64,000 nt of DNA, taken from positions 290-64,289 of the forward strand of contig JACPSE010000124.1 of the NCBI GenBank assembly GCA_016193465.1, written 5' to 3'. The translations under genes were made by a program, and so were the position numbers. How positions within the stretch are numbered: position 1 is the stretch's first letter; each line of letters starts with the position of its first letter. This document shows positions 39,166 to 47,855 of the stretch, piece after piece. Under the pieces are notes generated by a model. The model ran no database searches. It saw only the letters and a program-made list of their open reading frames with translations, and had not been told where the DNA came from. This DNA comes from Deltaproteobacteria bacterium. Lineage in GTDB: Bacteria > Desulfobacterota > Binatia > UBA9968.

Positions 39166-39549
39166 TCAGGAGCTTTTCTGTACCGCACGAAGCTCTTCGC
39201 TTTTCATTTTACAGTGGCCGTCAAAGACGACGCCTTCCTCCAGGACCAGCACAGGAGTTACGATGTCCCCGAAAATGCGCGCGCTGCTTCGCAGCTCAAC
39301 GCGCTCACGAGCGATGATGTTCCCTGTGATGTGGCCGCTTACGATGGCGGCGCCCACCTGCACCTCGGCCTCCACCTCTCCGGTCTCGCCCACCAGGAGC
39401 GTATCTGACGTGAAAAGTTCTCCCCGGAATTTGCCGTTCAGAACAAGCGTCCCGACAAATGTGAGACGCCCTTCGACCTCACACCCCTGATCAATGACAG
39501 ATGTCGAAGCGTGGTCGGGGGCGGAACTGTTCCCTCTCCAGCGCCACAT
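39166..39549 (-). CDS. Bactofilin (DUF583) family cytoskeletal protein, copy 1
   Basis: Beta-helical repeat of G.V.G.I pattern (EVQVGAAIVSGHITGNIIARERVEL). Confidence 0.8.
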   Translation of the reverse strand: MWRWRGNSSAPDHASTSVIDQGCEVEGRLTFVGTLVLNGKFRGELFTSDTLLVGETGEVEAEVQVGAAIVSGHITGNIIARERVELRSSARIFGDIVTPVLVLEEGVVFDGHCKMKSEELRAVQKSS

Positions 39550-39589
39550 GCGATCTGCTCCTAACTGCAGGCAGTTGCCAATGCTAGGC

Positions 39590-40018
39590 CTATCTCTTGG
39601 CAGCTACTTGTTTTTGGTCCAGCAGCGATGGCCCGCTGCGGCGCTCCGGGGCTATCTCAGCCCGTTGAATCTTGATCACATTGCCGTTGAAGAAACCTCC
39701 CTTGGAGATGACCAGGGAATCGGTCTCGATGTTGCCTGCCGCCCGGCCGGTCGAGGTAATTTCCACGTTACCCGTGGCTACCATATTCCCCTCGTACCGT
39801 CCCATGATCAGGGCATCGGCGGTGTGGACATCGGCCCGAACCACCCCTTTCTCTCCGATCACCAGCTTTCCATCCACATTGACCTCGCCGGCAAGTTCAC
39901 ATTCGATCTGAATCGATTCCGCGATGTTGAACTTACCCTCAAGGCGCGCGGTTTCGCCCATGATGGTGAGCAGGGGGCCCTCCCGCCCTGTGCTGTCAGG
40001 AGTTTTTTTGCCGAACAT
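39590..40018 (-). CDS. Bactofilin (DUF583) family cytoskeletal protein, copy 2
   Basis: TIMGETARLEGKFNIAESIQIECELAGEVNVDGKLVIGEKGVVRADVHT beta-helix repeats. Confidence 0.8.
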   Translation of the reverse strand: MFGKKTPDSTGREGPLLTIMGETARLEGKFNIAESIQIECELAGEVNVDGKLVIGEKGVVRADVHTADALIMGRYEGNMVATGNVEITSTGRAAGNIETDSLVISKGGFFNGNVIKIQRAEIAPERRSGPSLLDQKQVAAKR

Positions 40019-40153
40019 AGCTACCCTCCTTGTTTAAGGTCTCGCGTTAAAGGCGCCAGAGGAAAGAGAAATCACTCAGGCGAAAGCGGAAGGATACTAT
40101 CCCGACTTCTCACGGCTTGTCAATATTAAATTGGGGTGCTAGGAAAGATAAAA

Positions 40154-41059
40154 ATGCAGCCTTTAGTGAGCGTTGTTATCCCCACATACAATCGCTGGCC
40201 AATGCTCTGTGAAGCGATTGAGTCGGTTTTGCGTCAGAGCTTTAAAGACTTCGAGCTCATTGTGGTGGATGATGGGTCCGAGGATGGAACGGTTGGAAAC
40301 TTGATGAAATGCTTCTCGAACCTGCGCGTGCCCTCCCAGCCCCGCCGGGGCGTTGCGGCAGCGCGCAACCTGGGTGTTCGTTGTTCGAGCGGCAGATATC
40401 TGGCCTTTCTCGATTCCGATGATCTCTGGCGACCGAAAAAGCTTGAGGCCCAGGCTGGCTTTATGATGGCATCGCCGCAGGCCGAGATCTGCCAGACGGA
40501 GGAGATCTGGATACGGCATGGGCGAAGGGTCAATCCGAGAAGAAAGCATCGCAAACCCTCTGGAGATCTCTTTCGCGCCAGCCTCGATCTCTGTCTGATC
40601 AGCCCTTCGGCGGTGATGATGACCAGGGAATTGTTCGACAGGGTAGGAGGATTTGACGAGACCTTCGCGGTATGTGAAGACTACGACCTCTGGCTGCGAG
40701 TAACTGCCGATACGCCGGTTTACCTGGTTCCCGAGCCACTGGTGGTAAAAAGGGGAGGGCACCAGGACCAGTTGTCTCGCTCCACTTGGGGGCTGGACCG
40801 TTTTCGAGTTATGGCAATTAGGAAGCTGCTTGCCTCTGGCCTACAGGGGGAGAAGAGGATGTGGGCTATAGAGGCGCTGGCACATAAAGTGGCGATTTTG
40901 AGCCAAGGGGCACGGAAGAGAGAAAAAGAAAGCGAAGCTTTAAATTATGAGAGATTACTATTTGAAATTACTGGGGAAATAAGATATGCTAAACGAGAAG
41001 ATTCTCGCCTATGGGAGCGCGAAGGGGTTTCACCGAAAGAGCCTGGAGCGATGGCTTAG
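40154..41059 (+). CDS. Family 2 glycosyltransferase (GT-A fold)
   Basis: VSVVIPTYNR...LIVVDDGSEDGT...FLDSDD DXD motif. Confidence 0.75.
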   Translation: MQPLVSVVIPTYNRWPMLCEAIESVLRQSFKDFELIVVDDGSEDGTVGNLMKCFSNLRVPSQPRRGVAAARNLGVRCSSGRYLAFLDSDDLWRPKKLEAQAGFMMASPQAEICQTEEIWIRHGRRVNPRRKHRKPSGDLFRASLDLCLISPSAVMMTRELFDRVGGFDETFAVCEDYDLWLRVTADTPVYLVPEPLVVKRGGHQDQLSRSTWGLDRFRVMAIRKLLASGLQGEKRMWAIEALAHKVAILSQGARKREKESEALNYERLLFEITGEIRYAKREDSRLWEREGVSPKEPGAMA

Positions 41060-41516
41060 GCTGGCCGAGAACGATCAGGAGGCGCTCTTCGATCTGGCTC
41101 AGGGTTTGAAGCTTGGGGAAAACCATCTTAAGGATTTTCTGGAGTGGCTGGAAGAGATTGCGCTGCGGGACGGCGTGGGTCTCAGTGAAATTCTGCAAAG
41201 TGATTCCATGTCGCGGATCTCGTCGGACTCGAGACTGAGCCGCAACGACAAGCTCAAGCAGATGAAAGCGGAGCTCAGGCGGCTCAGATTCCCCAGACTG
41301 ACTTCTATGGAGGAGCAGATCCGGAAGAGGATCCACGAAATACGGCTTCATCCACAGATCCAAATGACCATTCCGCCCGGTTTGGAAGGGGGAGTAACCG
41401 TGCAGATGAGGGCCGCGAGCCATAACGAACTGAAGAGGTTGGTCGGAGAACTTTCCGAGCTTTTGGAGAAGAAGGCGGTAAGAGAGATGTTTTCATTACT
41501 AGAGGGGTCAGAGTGA
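40986..41516 (+). CDS. Hypothetical helical protein; 74-nt overlap with GT2 gene in a different frame
   Basis: ORF only; charged/helical composition; precedes SPL-family radical SAM gene. Confidence 0.35.
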   Translation: MLNEKILAYGSAKGFHRKSLERWLRLAENDQEALFDLAQGLKLGENHLKDFLEWLEEIALRDGVGLSEILQSDSMSRISSDSRLSRNDKLKQMKAELRRLRFPRLTSMEEQIRKRIHEIRLHPQIQMTIPPGLEGGVTVQMRAASHNELKRLVGELSELLEKKAVREMFSLLEGSE

Positions 41517-41565
41517 AAAAGGTTTAAGGGTTGAAGAGTTCAAGGGTTCAAAGGTTAAAAAAAGC
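41515..41565. repeat. aagggtt-type short repeat cluster, copy 2
   Basis: ggtttaagggttgaagagttcaagggttcaaaggttaaa resembles reverse complement of 31523..31615. Confidence 0.5.
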
Positions 41566-41605
41566 GGAAAAACTGACTGCTGATGGCTGGAGCGAAAAGA
41601 ACGGT

Positions 41606-42700
41606 ATGAAAGATTTTGAGCCTAGTGAGATCATCGTTGAGGCCGGCTCGGAGGGAAGCCCTCTTTACAGGAACCTGAGAAAGGCCTTCCCGGACGTTCC
41701 GTTTACTGTCGTCAACCAAACCGACGCGCACGGCCCAGCCCCTTTCGCTTCTCAGGATCCTTTCGGGGATGGGAAAACGCGACTCGTCTTGACGCGCCAC
41801 AAAGGGGATTTTCTGAAAAAGTGTCCCGGCAGCGACGGACAGCTCTGCTGCAACTATTTCGTCGTCAATTTTGCCAGCAACTGCCCGATGGATTGCAGCT
41901 ACTGCTATCTTCAGGAGTACCTTGGGCAGAACCCGGCGCTCAAGGTCTTCAGCAATGTGGGCGATCTTATCGAAGAGACCGATAGGCTTCTCAGCCGGCA
42001 TCGTCGGTTTTTGTTCCGCATAGGCACCGGCGAAATAACGGACAGTCTCGCGCTGGATCCCTATATCGGTTTTTCCTCCGAAGTAGTGCCGTTCTTTGCC
42101 GAGCAGCCCAATGCCCTGCTGGAGCTGAAGACCAAGAGCGACCGGATAGAGGGATTGCTCGGTTTAGACTCCAAGGAACGCGTGGTGGTCTCCTGGTCAA
42201 TGAACCCCCAGAAGGTGATCGATGCCGATGAGCCTCTTACGGCCTCCTTCGAGGAAAGGCTTACGGCTGCCCGGCATTGCCAGGAGGCTGGCTACAAGCT
42301 GGGTTTCCACTTCGACCCCATAGTTGAATATCCCGGCTGGGAAGTAGACTATCGGGAGATGGTAGAGAGGATATTTGCTGCTGTGGACCACCGCAGAATC
42401 GCCTGGCTCAGCATGGGGGTATTGCGCAACACTCTCGGCTTAAAACGGATCATGCGAGAGAGATTCCCTTCCACGCGCGTCCTCTCCGGAGAGCAGGTCC
42501 TCTGCGCGGACGGCAAGATGCGCTATTTCCAGCCGTTGCGCGTCAGCATGTATCGCAAGATGCTCGGTTGGATCCGCGAAGCCTCGCCGACGGTCTTTGT
42601 CTATTTGTGTATGGAGTCGAAGGAGGTCTGGCGGCAGGTCTTCGGCTTTGCGCCCACTTGCGAAAAGGAATTGGGCAACCGTCTGGTGGCATATGAATGA
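41606..42700 (+). CDS. Spore-photoproduct-lyase family radical SAM protein (SplB-like DNA repair lyase)
   Basis: CPMDCSYCYLQ CX3CX2C-type radical SAM cluster motif in SPL arrangement, about 360 aa; start chosen downstream of repeat. Confidence 0.7.
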   Translation: MKDFEPSEIIVEAGSEGSPLYRNLRKAFPDVPFTVVNQTDAHGPAPFASQDPFGDGKTRLVLTRHKGDFLKKCPGSDGQLCCNYFVVNFASNCPMDCSYCYLQEYLGQNPALKVFSNVGDLIEETDRLLSRHRRFLFRIGTGEITDSLALDPYIGFSSEVVPFFAEQPNALLELKTKSDRIEGLLGLDSKERVVVSWSMNPQKVIDADEPLTASFEERLTAARHCQEAGYKLGFHFDPIVEYPGWEVDYREMVERIFAAVDHRRIAWLSMGVLRNTLGLKRIMRERFPSTRVLSGEQVLCADGKMRYFQPLRVSMYRKMLGWIREASPTVFVYLCMESKEVWRQVFGFAPTCEKELGNRLVAYE

Positions 42701-42750
42701 CAGGTCCAGAGCCTTCGGGAAACGCGCCTTCGGCTGCGGCCGATGGGTCA

Positions 42751-42840
42751 AGTCCTCGCTACGCTCTGAATCTCAAATCGCAGATTTCAGATCTCAGATC
42801 TGCTATTTGAAATTTGAGATTTGCCATCCCAAAGGGCTTG
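42751..42840. repeat. About 88-bp intergenic palindrome-containing element, copy B (inverted relative to 25534..25620)
   Basis: Reverse complement reads caagccctttgggatggcaaatctcaaatttcaaatagcagatctgagatctgaaatctgcgatttgagattcagagcgtagcgaggact. Confidence 0.7.
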
Positions 42841-42915
42841 TCCGCAGCCTCACTCGCGCTCCCCTCGGGCTCGTCCGGTTGTTCCGGCCAGCAGCCCGCA
42901 TTGGTATCCTGCTTT

Positions 42916-43713
42916 ATGAATCGCGATAGCGCAATAGGCGTTTTTGACTCCGGCATTGGCGGGCTGACAGTTCTGCAAAGGATCATGGAGGCGCTGCCGA
43001 GGGAGAACACGGTCTATCTTGGGGACACCGCCCGCTCTCCCTACGGGACCAAGTCGGTGGAGACGGTGCTGCGCTACTCGTTCGAGAATACCGACTTCCT
43101 GTTGGAGAAGGGTGTTAAGCTGGTCGTGGTGGCGTGCAACACTTCGACGGCGATAGCCCTGGAGTCATTGAAGGAAAACGTTTCAGTCCCTGTTATTGGT
43201 GTGATTGAGCCCGGGGTCAGAGGGGCGCTGGAAAAGACGCGAAATGGGAAGATCGGCGTCATCGGAACAGAGGCCACGATCCAGAGCGGGGCTTATTCTC
43301 GAGCCCTCAAGGAAAAAGATTCCGGAGTCGAGGTTTACAGCCGCGCCTGCCCTCTCTTTGTTCCCCTGGTGGAAGAGGGCTGGCTCGATAACGCGGTAGT
43401 GAAGATGACCGTGGAATCGTACCTCGGCAGTCTCAAGCAAAGCGGCATCGATACGCTCATCCTGGGCTGCACCCACTATCCGCTGCTTAAGAAGACGATC
43501 CAGAAATTTTTGGGTCGCGGCGTGCGGCTCGTGGACTCGGCGGAGGAGACCGCCAAGCAAGTGCAAACAACCTTGAAGAAAAGGTCTCTCGCGCGTGAGC
43601 GAGGGAAAGGGGCACCGAGCTTCTTTGTCACCGACGCGCCGGATCGCTTCATCAAGGTGGGGCAGCGCTTTTTAGGCGAGAAGGTGGAGTCCGCGGTCCG
43701 GATCGAGCGGTGA
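42916..43713 (+). CDS. murI: Glutamate racemase
   Basis: IGVFDSGIGGLTV, VVACNTS, LGCTHYP motifs with the two catalytic Cys. Confidence 0.85.
   Translation: MNRDSAIGVFDSGIGGLTVLQRIMEALPRENTVYLGDTARSPYGTKSVETVLRYSFENTDFLLEKGVKLVVVACNTSTAIALESLKENVSVPVIGVIEPGVRGALEKTRNGKIGVIGTEATIQSGAYSRALKEKDSGVEVYSRACPLFVPLVEEGWLDNAVVKMTVESYLGSLKQSGIDTLILGCTHYPLLKKTIQKFLGRGVRLVDSAEETAKQVQTTLKKRSLARERGKGAPSFFVTDAPDRFIKVGQRFLGEKVESAVRIER
43611..43656 (+). repeat. Direct repeat copy 1 (inside murI 3' end), matched by 44141..44186
   Basis: ggcaccgagcttctttgtcaccgacgcgccggatcgcttcat vs ggcagcgagcttctttgtcaccgacgcgccggaccgcctcat. Confidence 0.7.
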
Positions 43714-43739
43714 GCCGACTCTGCATTTTGCTTGTCCTT

Positions 43740-43862
43740 ATGAACGAAGAAAGCCGCCCCATTCATGTGGTATGCTCGCCCAAGGACGATTACCTCGCGA
43801 TCATCACCGCGTATCTGCCGGACCCAGCGCAGGGGTCACCCGACTTTAAAAGGAGGCAGTAG
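43740..43862 (+). pseudogene. N-terminally truncated DUF4258-type toxin remnant (40 codons)
   Basis: HVVCSPKDDYLAIITAYLP matches C-terminal consensus of DUF4258; lacks about 40 N-terminal residues; immediately followed by zinc-finger antitoxin-like gene. Confidence 0.4.
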
Positions 43863-43864
43863 TT

Positions 43865-44095
43865 ATGGAATGCATCCATTGCAAAGGTCAGATGAAGAAG
43901 GCCACGGCACCGTTCACCGTCGACCGGAAGGGCTACCTCGTTCATTGGGACGCTATTCCTGCGTGGGTTTGTGTCCAATGCGGTGAGGCGTACTTTGAAT
44001 CACGAGAGGTTGACTTGATTCAGAAGGCCTTTTCGGTCTTAGACCGCGAGAGTGCTGCATTGACGGCTTCAAGCCGCGCAACTAATGCCAGATAG
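43865..44095 (+). CDS. YgiT/MqsA-type zinc-finger protein (putative antitoxin)
   Basis: CIHCKG...CVQCGEAY two CxxC pairs, 76 aa; RBS aaaaggagg. Confidence 0.6.
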   Translation: MECIHCKGQMKKATAPFTVDRKGYLVHWDAIPAWVCVQCGEAYFESREVDLIQKAFSVLDRESAALTASSRATNAR

Positions 44096-44140
44096 CATTC
44101 AATCGTAGGTTTCCCTTAAGAAAAATCCCTCCGATAGGGG

Positions 44141-44186
44141 GGGCAGCGAGCTTCTTTGTCACCGACGCGCCGGACCGCCTCATTTA
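44141..44186 (+). repeat. Direct repeat copy 2 (duplicate of murI 3' end)
   Basis: 42/45 identity to 43611..43656. Confidence 0.7.
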
Positions 44187-44256
44187 CCTTCAATGAAACC
44201 GGCCTGTCCCCTCTACATCTGCATCTCTCCGGTTCCGCAAGCACTCATACGGCCCC

Positions 44257-46647
44257 TTAGAGCGCCTGAGCCAGGCGAATTAGGATAGCTGCTTGGTCGG
44301 CAGTCAGCGCCTTCCCACTCTGGGCGTGAACCTCGTTGATGAAGGCGCCGATTGCGCCGGCCTTGGCCTGGGTGTTGCCACGGGCTGCAGCGGCCTCAGC
44401 CGCGTTCAGCTTGCTAATCATGGAATTGGCAACTCCCGCTTTGGTGACGAACTGCATGACCAGGTTCCCAAGGCCAGCGGCTGTCACCTGGACCGTAAAG
44501 CTAGTGGACCCGGTGCCCGTATTCCCCGCATTGTCGGTGGCGGACGCGGAGAAGTTGTTCGTCCCCAGAGGGAATGTGTAGGCCGCTCCACTGATGTTCA
44601 CACAGGTTGTGGAAGCGACACCAGACAGGGGGTCAGCAGCCGTGCAAGTGATGGAGACCATCTGGTCGATTGTATAGGTGCCCGCGTTGCCAGAGTACGT
44701 CACCGTGGGCGGTGTCTTGTCGATGTTGATCCCGCCCACCGTGGTCGATGCCGTATTGCCGGCTTTATCCACCGCCGTCCCACTCCTCGACTGTCCCATA
44801 CCCTCTGTAGTCACCACCTGAGGAGTAGGCCCGCAGCTATTAATGCCGGAAAGACCATCGGAGCAGGTGAAGCTCACGGTGACATCAGTGTTGTTCCACC
44901 CGTTGGCGTTGGGTCCAGGCGCGCGGAGGGCCATGATCGACGGTGGTGTCTTGTCGATCTGAACTGTCAAGTTCTTTGCCCCCTCGGTATTTCCTGCATT
45001 GTCTTTGGCGAAGTAGGCGAGGCTGTTCGTCCCCTCCGCTGAGATCACTACCGAAGCAACATTCCCGGCCACCACCGTCTCAGGGCCGCCGTTGAGCGAA
45101 TAGTGGATCTCCTTGACCCCGGAGCCTCCCTCGTTGTCCGTCGCGTTCAGCGTCACGGTTACATCCGTCCTATTCCACCCGTTGGCATTGGGCGCTGGGG
45201 AAGGAGTCGCGGTCGTTGTCGGCGCTGTCGTATCCGTAGGCGCCGTGCACATGCCCGCGCTGCCGGCGTTGAAGATGGCTTGGATTTCTGAAGCAGAGAG
45301 GGCGCGGTTGTAGACTTCAGCTTCATCCATAAGCCCAACAAACCTGTGCTCGTGAGGGACCGCTATCGGAGGGCGATGCCCCAGATAAAGATCGTAACTG
45401 GTCTGCGGCGTGATTGTTCCCACAGCTACAGCAGCGACCGGATTCCCGTTCAGGTAGATTTTGGCAATGCCCGTCTGCTTTTCGTATGTCAGGGCGACAT
45501 GTTGCCACACGCTTGCCTGGACGATGCCTCCTGAGGTGCCTACGAGGTGATGAGCTCCAGTCGTATCAACGAGGGTTGCAGCCAGAGCCGCGCCTGGCAC
45601 TATCCAGAAAACCGCCCCAGGTCCGAATTGCCCCGATCCATTGTTCCATTCGAAGAGTGGCCGGTACGTTGAAGCATCAGCCGGCTTGATCCAGGCATCG
45701 AGCGTGAAGCCACTGCCCAGCCCGACATCAAGATTGGCAGACGCCGGAATCTTTACAAAGTCATCCACACCATCAAAGCTGAAGGCCTGCCCGACCTTTC
45801 CAGGGGCAAAAGTCGCGCCGCCTTGCAATGTGCCGTCGTTGCCATCCGCAATATCATCCGCATTCCCCTCCCCTGGCCACCAGGAGACGAGTCCTGATGG
45901 GGGCTCGACGCATGTGTCGGCCGGTGGCGGAGGTGCCGTCCCTTCGTACAACTCTCGAATCTCCGCATCCGACAAGGCACGGCCATAGATGCCGACATCA
46001 TCTATGGTGCCCTTGAAAGAAAACCCATCGAAGAAACCACCACCGCTTCTGGGATGCACCCCAATCATCCAAGGAATAGTATCGATTGGTATTCCTTGAG
46101 AATACGGCGTACTTCCATCCAGCACACCATTCAGAAAAACCTTGATGTGTGAACCGTCATACGTTGCAGCAACGTGATACCACCGATCGCCAGCCAATGG
46201 GGTGCTTCCCAGTGCTTGGTGCCAGACACTGCTACCATCTCTATTGAGTATCATCGCTATGACGTTGCCTCTGATCTCCAAAGCAAGATTGCCTGGTGTA
46301 TCCCAGCCAGTCAGTTTTGCGATGATCACCTTTCTTCCTGTTGCATCCGAGTCATACTTAACCCATGCATGTAGAGTCAAATATGTTGGGCTATAGGCAT
46401 AAAGCGATGGAAGATCGACATAACTATTGCTCCCATTGAAACTATACGCTTGATTGGAATTTCCGAGCCTGTCCGTGGTCAGTGTCGCGTTGCTGACGAC
46501 GCCGTTGTTCCCATTCCCGCTCTCATCGTTGGCATTGCCATTGAACGGCCAGTAGGCAACAAGGCCATCATTCATGCCTGCGTGGGTGGGACTGAAGACA
46601 AGAAACACTAACAAGAACGTGACAAGTACCCCAATCGACTTCTTCAT
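44257..46647 (-). CDS. Large secreted LamG-like (concanavalin A-like lectin) repeat protein with OmpL47-type Ig-like domains and C-terminal helical domain
   Basis: Signal peptide; three repeats of the LamG_3 pattern (LVAYWPFNGNANDESGNGNNG, ..FDGVDD.V..P.S.., ..L.AW.K), two NANGWN.TDVTV..A.D..SG OmpL47-like modules. Confidence 0.75.
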   Translation of the reverse strand: MKKSIGVLVTFLLVFLVFSPTHAGMNDGLVAYWPFNGNANDESGNGNNGVVSNATLTTDRLGNSNQAYSFNGSNSYVDLPSLYAYSPTYLTLHAWVKYDSDATGRKVIIAKLTGWDTPGNLALEIRGNVIAMILNRDGSSVWHQALGSTPLAGDRWYHVAATYDGSHIKVFLNGVLDGSTPYSQGIPIDTIPWMIGVHPRSGGGFFDGFSFKGTIDDVGIYGRALSDAEIRELYEGTAPPPPADTCVEPPSGLVSWWPGEGNADDIADGNDGTLQGGATFAPGKVGQAFSFDGVDDFVKIPASANLDVGLGSGFTLDAWIKPADASTYRPLFEWNNGSGQFGPGAVFWIVPGAALAATLVDTTGAHHLVGTSGGIVQASVWQHVALTYEKQTGIAKIYLNGNPVAAVAVGTITPQTSYDLYLGHRPPIAVPHEHRFVGLMDEAEVYNRALSASEIQAIFNAGSAGMCTAPTDTTAPTTTATPSPAPNANGWNRTDVTVTLNATDNEGGSGVKEIHYSLNGGPETVVAGNVASVVISAEGTNSLAYFAKDNAGNTEGAKNLTVQIDKTPPSIMALRAPGPNANGWNNTDVTVSFTCSDGLSGINSCGPTPQVVTTEGMGQSRSGTAVDKAGNTASTTVGGINIDKTPPTVTYSGNAGTYTIDQMVSITCTAADPLSGVASTTCVNISGAAYTFPLGTNNFSASATDNAGNTGTGSTSFTVQVTAAGLGNLVMQFVTKAGVANSMISKLNAAEAAAARGNTQAKAGAIGAFINEVHAQSGKALTADQAAILIRLAQAL

Positions 46648-46763
46648 ACTACTACCCTCCGTTCAGTTACCAGTAAAATGTCCGCTGGGGGCGGTGAATT
46701 GCACGAGCTGGCGATCGCACACGCGATCCCCAGTACTGCCGCTAGGAAGATGCGTCGGCTCAT
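46644..46763 (-). CDS. Possible 39-aa signal-peptide-like small ORF overlapping start of LamG gene (ATGA)
   Basis: Strong SD ggaaggagg 4 nt before ATG; MSRRIFLAAVLGIACAIASSC; speculative. Confidence 0.25.
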   Translation of the reverse strand: MSRRIFLAAVLGIACAIASSCNSPPPADILLVTERRVVV

Positions 46764-46968
46764 ACTGCCTCCTTCCTGAGAGCGTAGTCGCCATAAAAGG
46801 CCCTTATGAGTTTCACCCCTTAAGATCACACGTTCTGGTCTTTTCATGACTTTCTCCCTCAGGTCAGATTTATCGCTGCGTTTTCCTGCACCGGCCTTGA
46901 CAGTTTGCTTTTTTCCGACTGATTTGACAATAATCACTTTCAATCATTTTTATGATTAACCTGACCAC

Positions 46969-47631
46969 ATGCGCCTCAAGGAAATCAGAAAATTAGTCGA
47001 GAGCACAGGCGATCCTGCGTTCGCGGTTGATGGCTTGGGTTTGATTGTTGCCTGGAACTCCGCCGCCGCGGCTCTATTCGGCGTGACCGCCGGGGAGACG
47101 GTGGGTAAACCGTGCAGCCAGATCATTCAAGGCGCCGATGAGTGCGGCCTCGTCTGCTCTAACGTTTGCACAGTGCTACCGGCGGCTCGAAAGCGCCGTC
47201 CTGTCAGCAACTTCGACCTTCAGATTGAGACCAGGCAAGGCCGCAAGTGGTGTAACGTGTCGGTCTTGATAGCGCGCGAACGGGAGTCAACATCGCCGTA
47301 TTGCATCCACATCGTTCGCCCCACCGATATTCCCAAACGGCTTGAGTTGTTGATGCGCGATTTTATAGTTACTGAGACAGGGCTACCCCCTAAATCTGCC
47401 AGGAGGCTCGGCTCTTTGCGCCGTATTCCTACGGGCGAGGCAGAGCTGACAAAGCGGCAGGGTGAGATTCTCCGCTTACTTGTCAAAGGCGCCACAACGG
47501 CATCCATAGCCGTAGAGCTACATATCAGCCGGACCACCGTCAACAACCACGTTCAGCAGATCCTCCGCAAGCTCAATGCGCACACGCGCCTGGAGGCGAT
47601 CCGGCGCGCTGAGCGCGCAGGCTCGATCTGA
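46969..47631 (+). CDS. PAS-domain LuxR-family transcriptional regulator
   Basis: N-terminal PAS-like (FAVDGLGLIVAWNSAAAALFG); C-terminal LTKRQGEILRLLVKGATTASIAVELHISRTTVNNHV HTH. Confidence 0.75.
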   Translation: MRLKEIRKLVESTGDPAFAVDGLGLIVAWNSAAAALFGVTAGETVGKPCSQIIQGADECGLVCSNVCTVLPAARKRRPVSNFDLQIETRQGRKWCNVSVLIARERESTSPYCIHIVRPTDIPKRLELLMRDFIVTETGLPPKSARRLGSLRRIPTGEAELTKRQGEILRLLVKGATTASIAVELHISRTTVNNHVQQILRKLNAHTRLEAIRRAERAGSI

Positions 47632-47777
47632 GAATCTTGACGCCTTGCGGCGCTGGAGTGACGTTAATCGTTAATGGCTATTCGTCGGGGACACTGGGCG
47701 CAAGCGCAAACGCCGAGTAACGATTATACGAGTAACGAATCTCTTGTATCAACTGTCCAGAATCGTGTATTTTAATC

Positions 47778-47850
47778 AGAAGGCATTAGGCAATAGGCAG
47801 AAGGCAACAGGAAGATGATTTAACTCTCGCCTCACGCCTTTCGCCTGAAA
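47778..47850. repeat. Heptamer-arm hairpin element (AGGCNNG arm / complementary arm), upstream of secA
   Basis: aggcattaggcaataggcagaaggcaacagg-aagatgatttaactctcg-cctcacgcctttcgcctg. Confidence 0.6.
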
Positions 47851-47855
47851 GCTTT

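Noticed and set aside
46644-46943. 99-aa ORF upstream of LamG gene
   Set aside because: N-terminal 60 residues are low-complexity with no RBS. Only the last 39 codons with strong SD retained, as a speculative small ORF.
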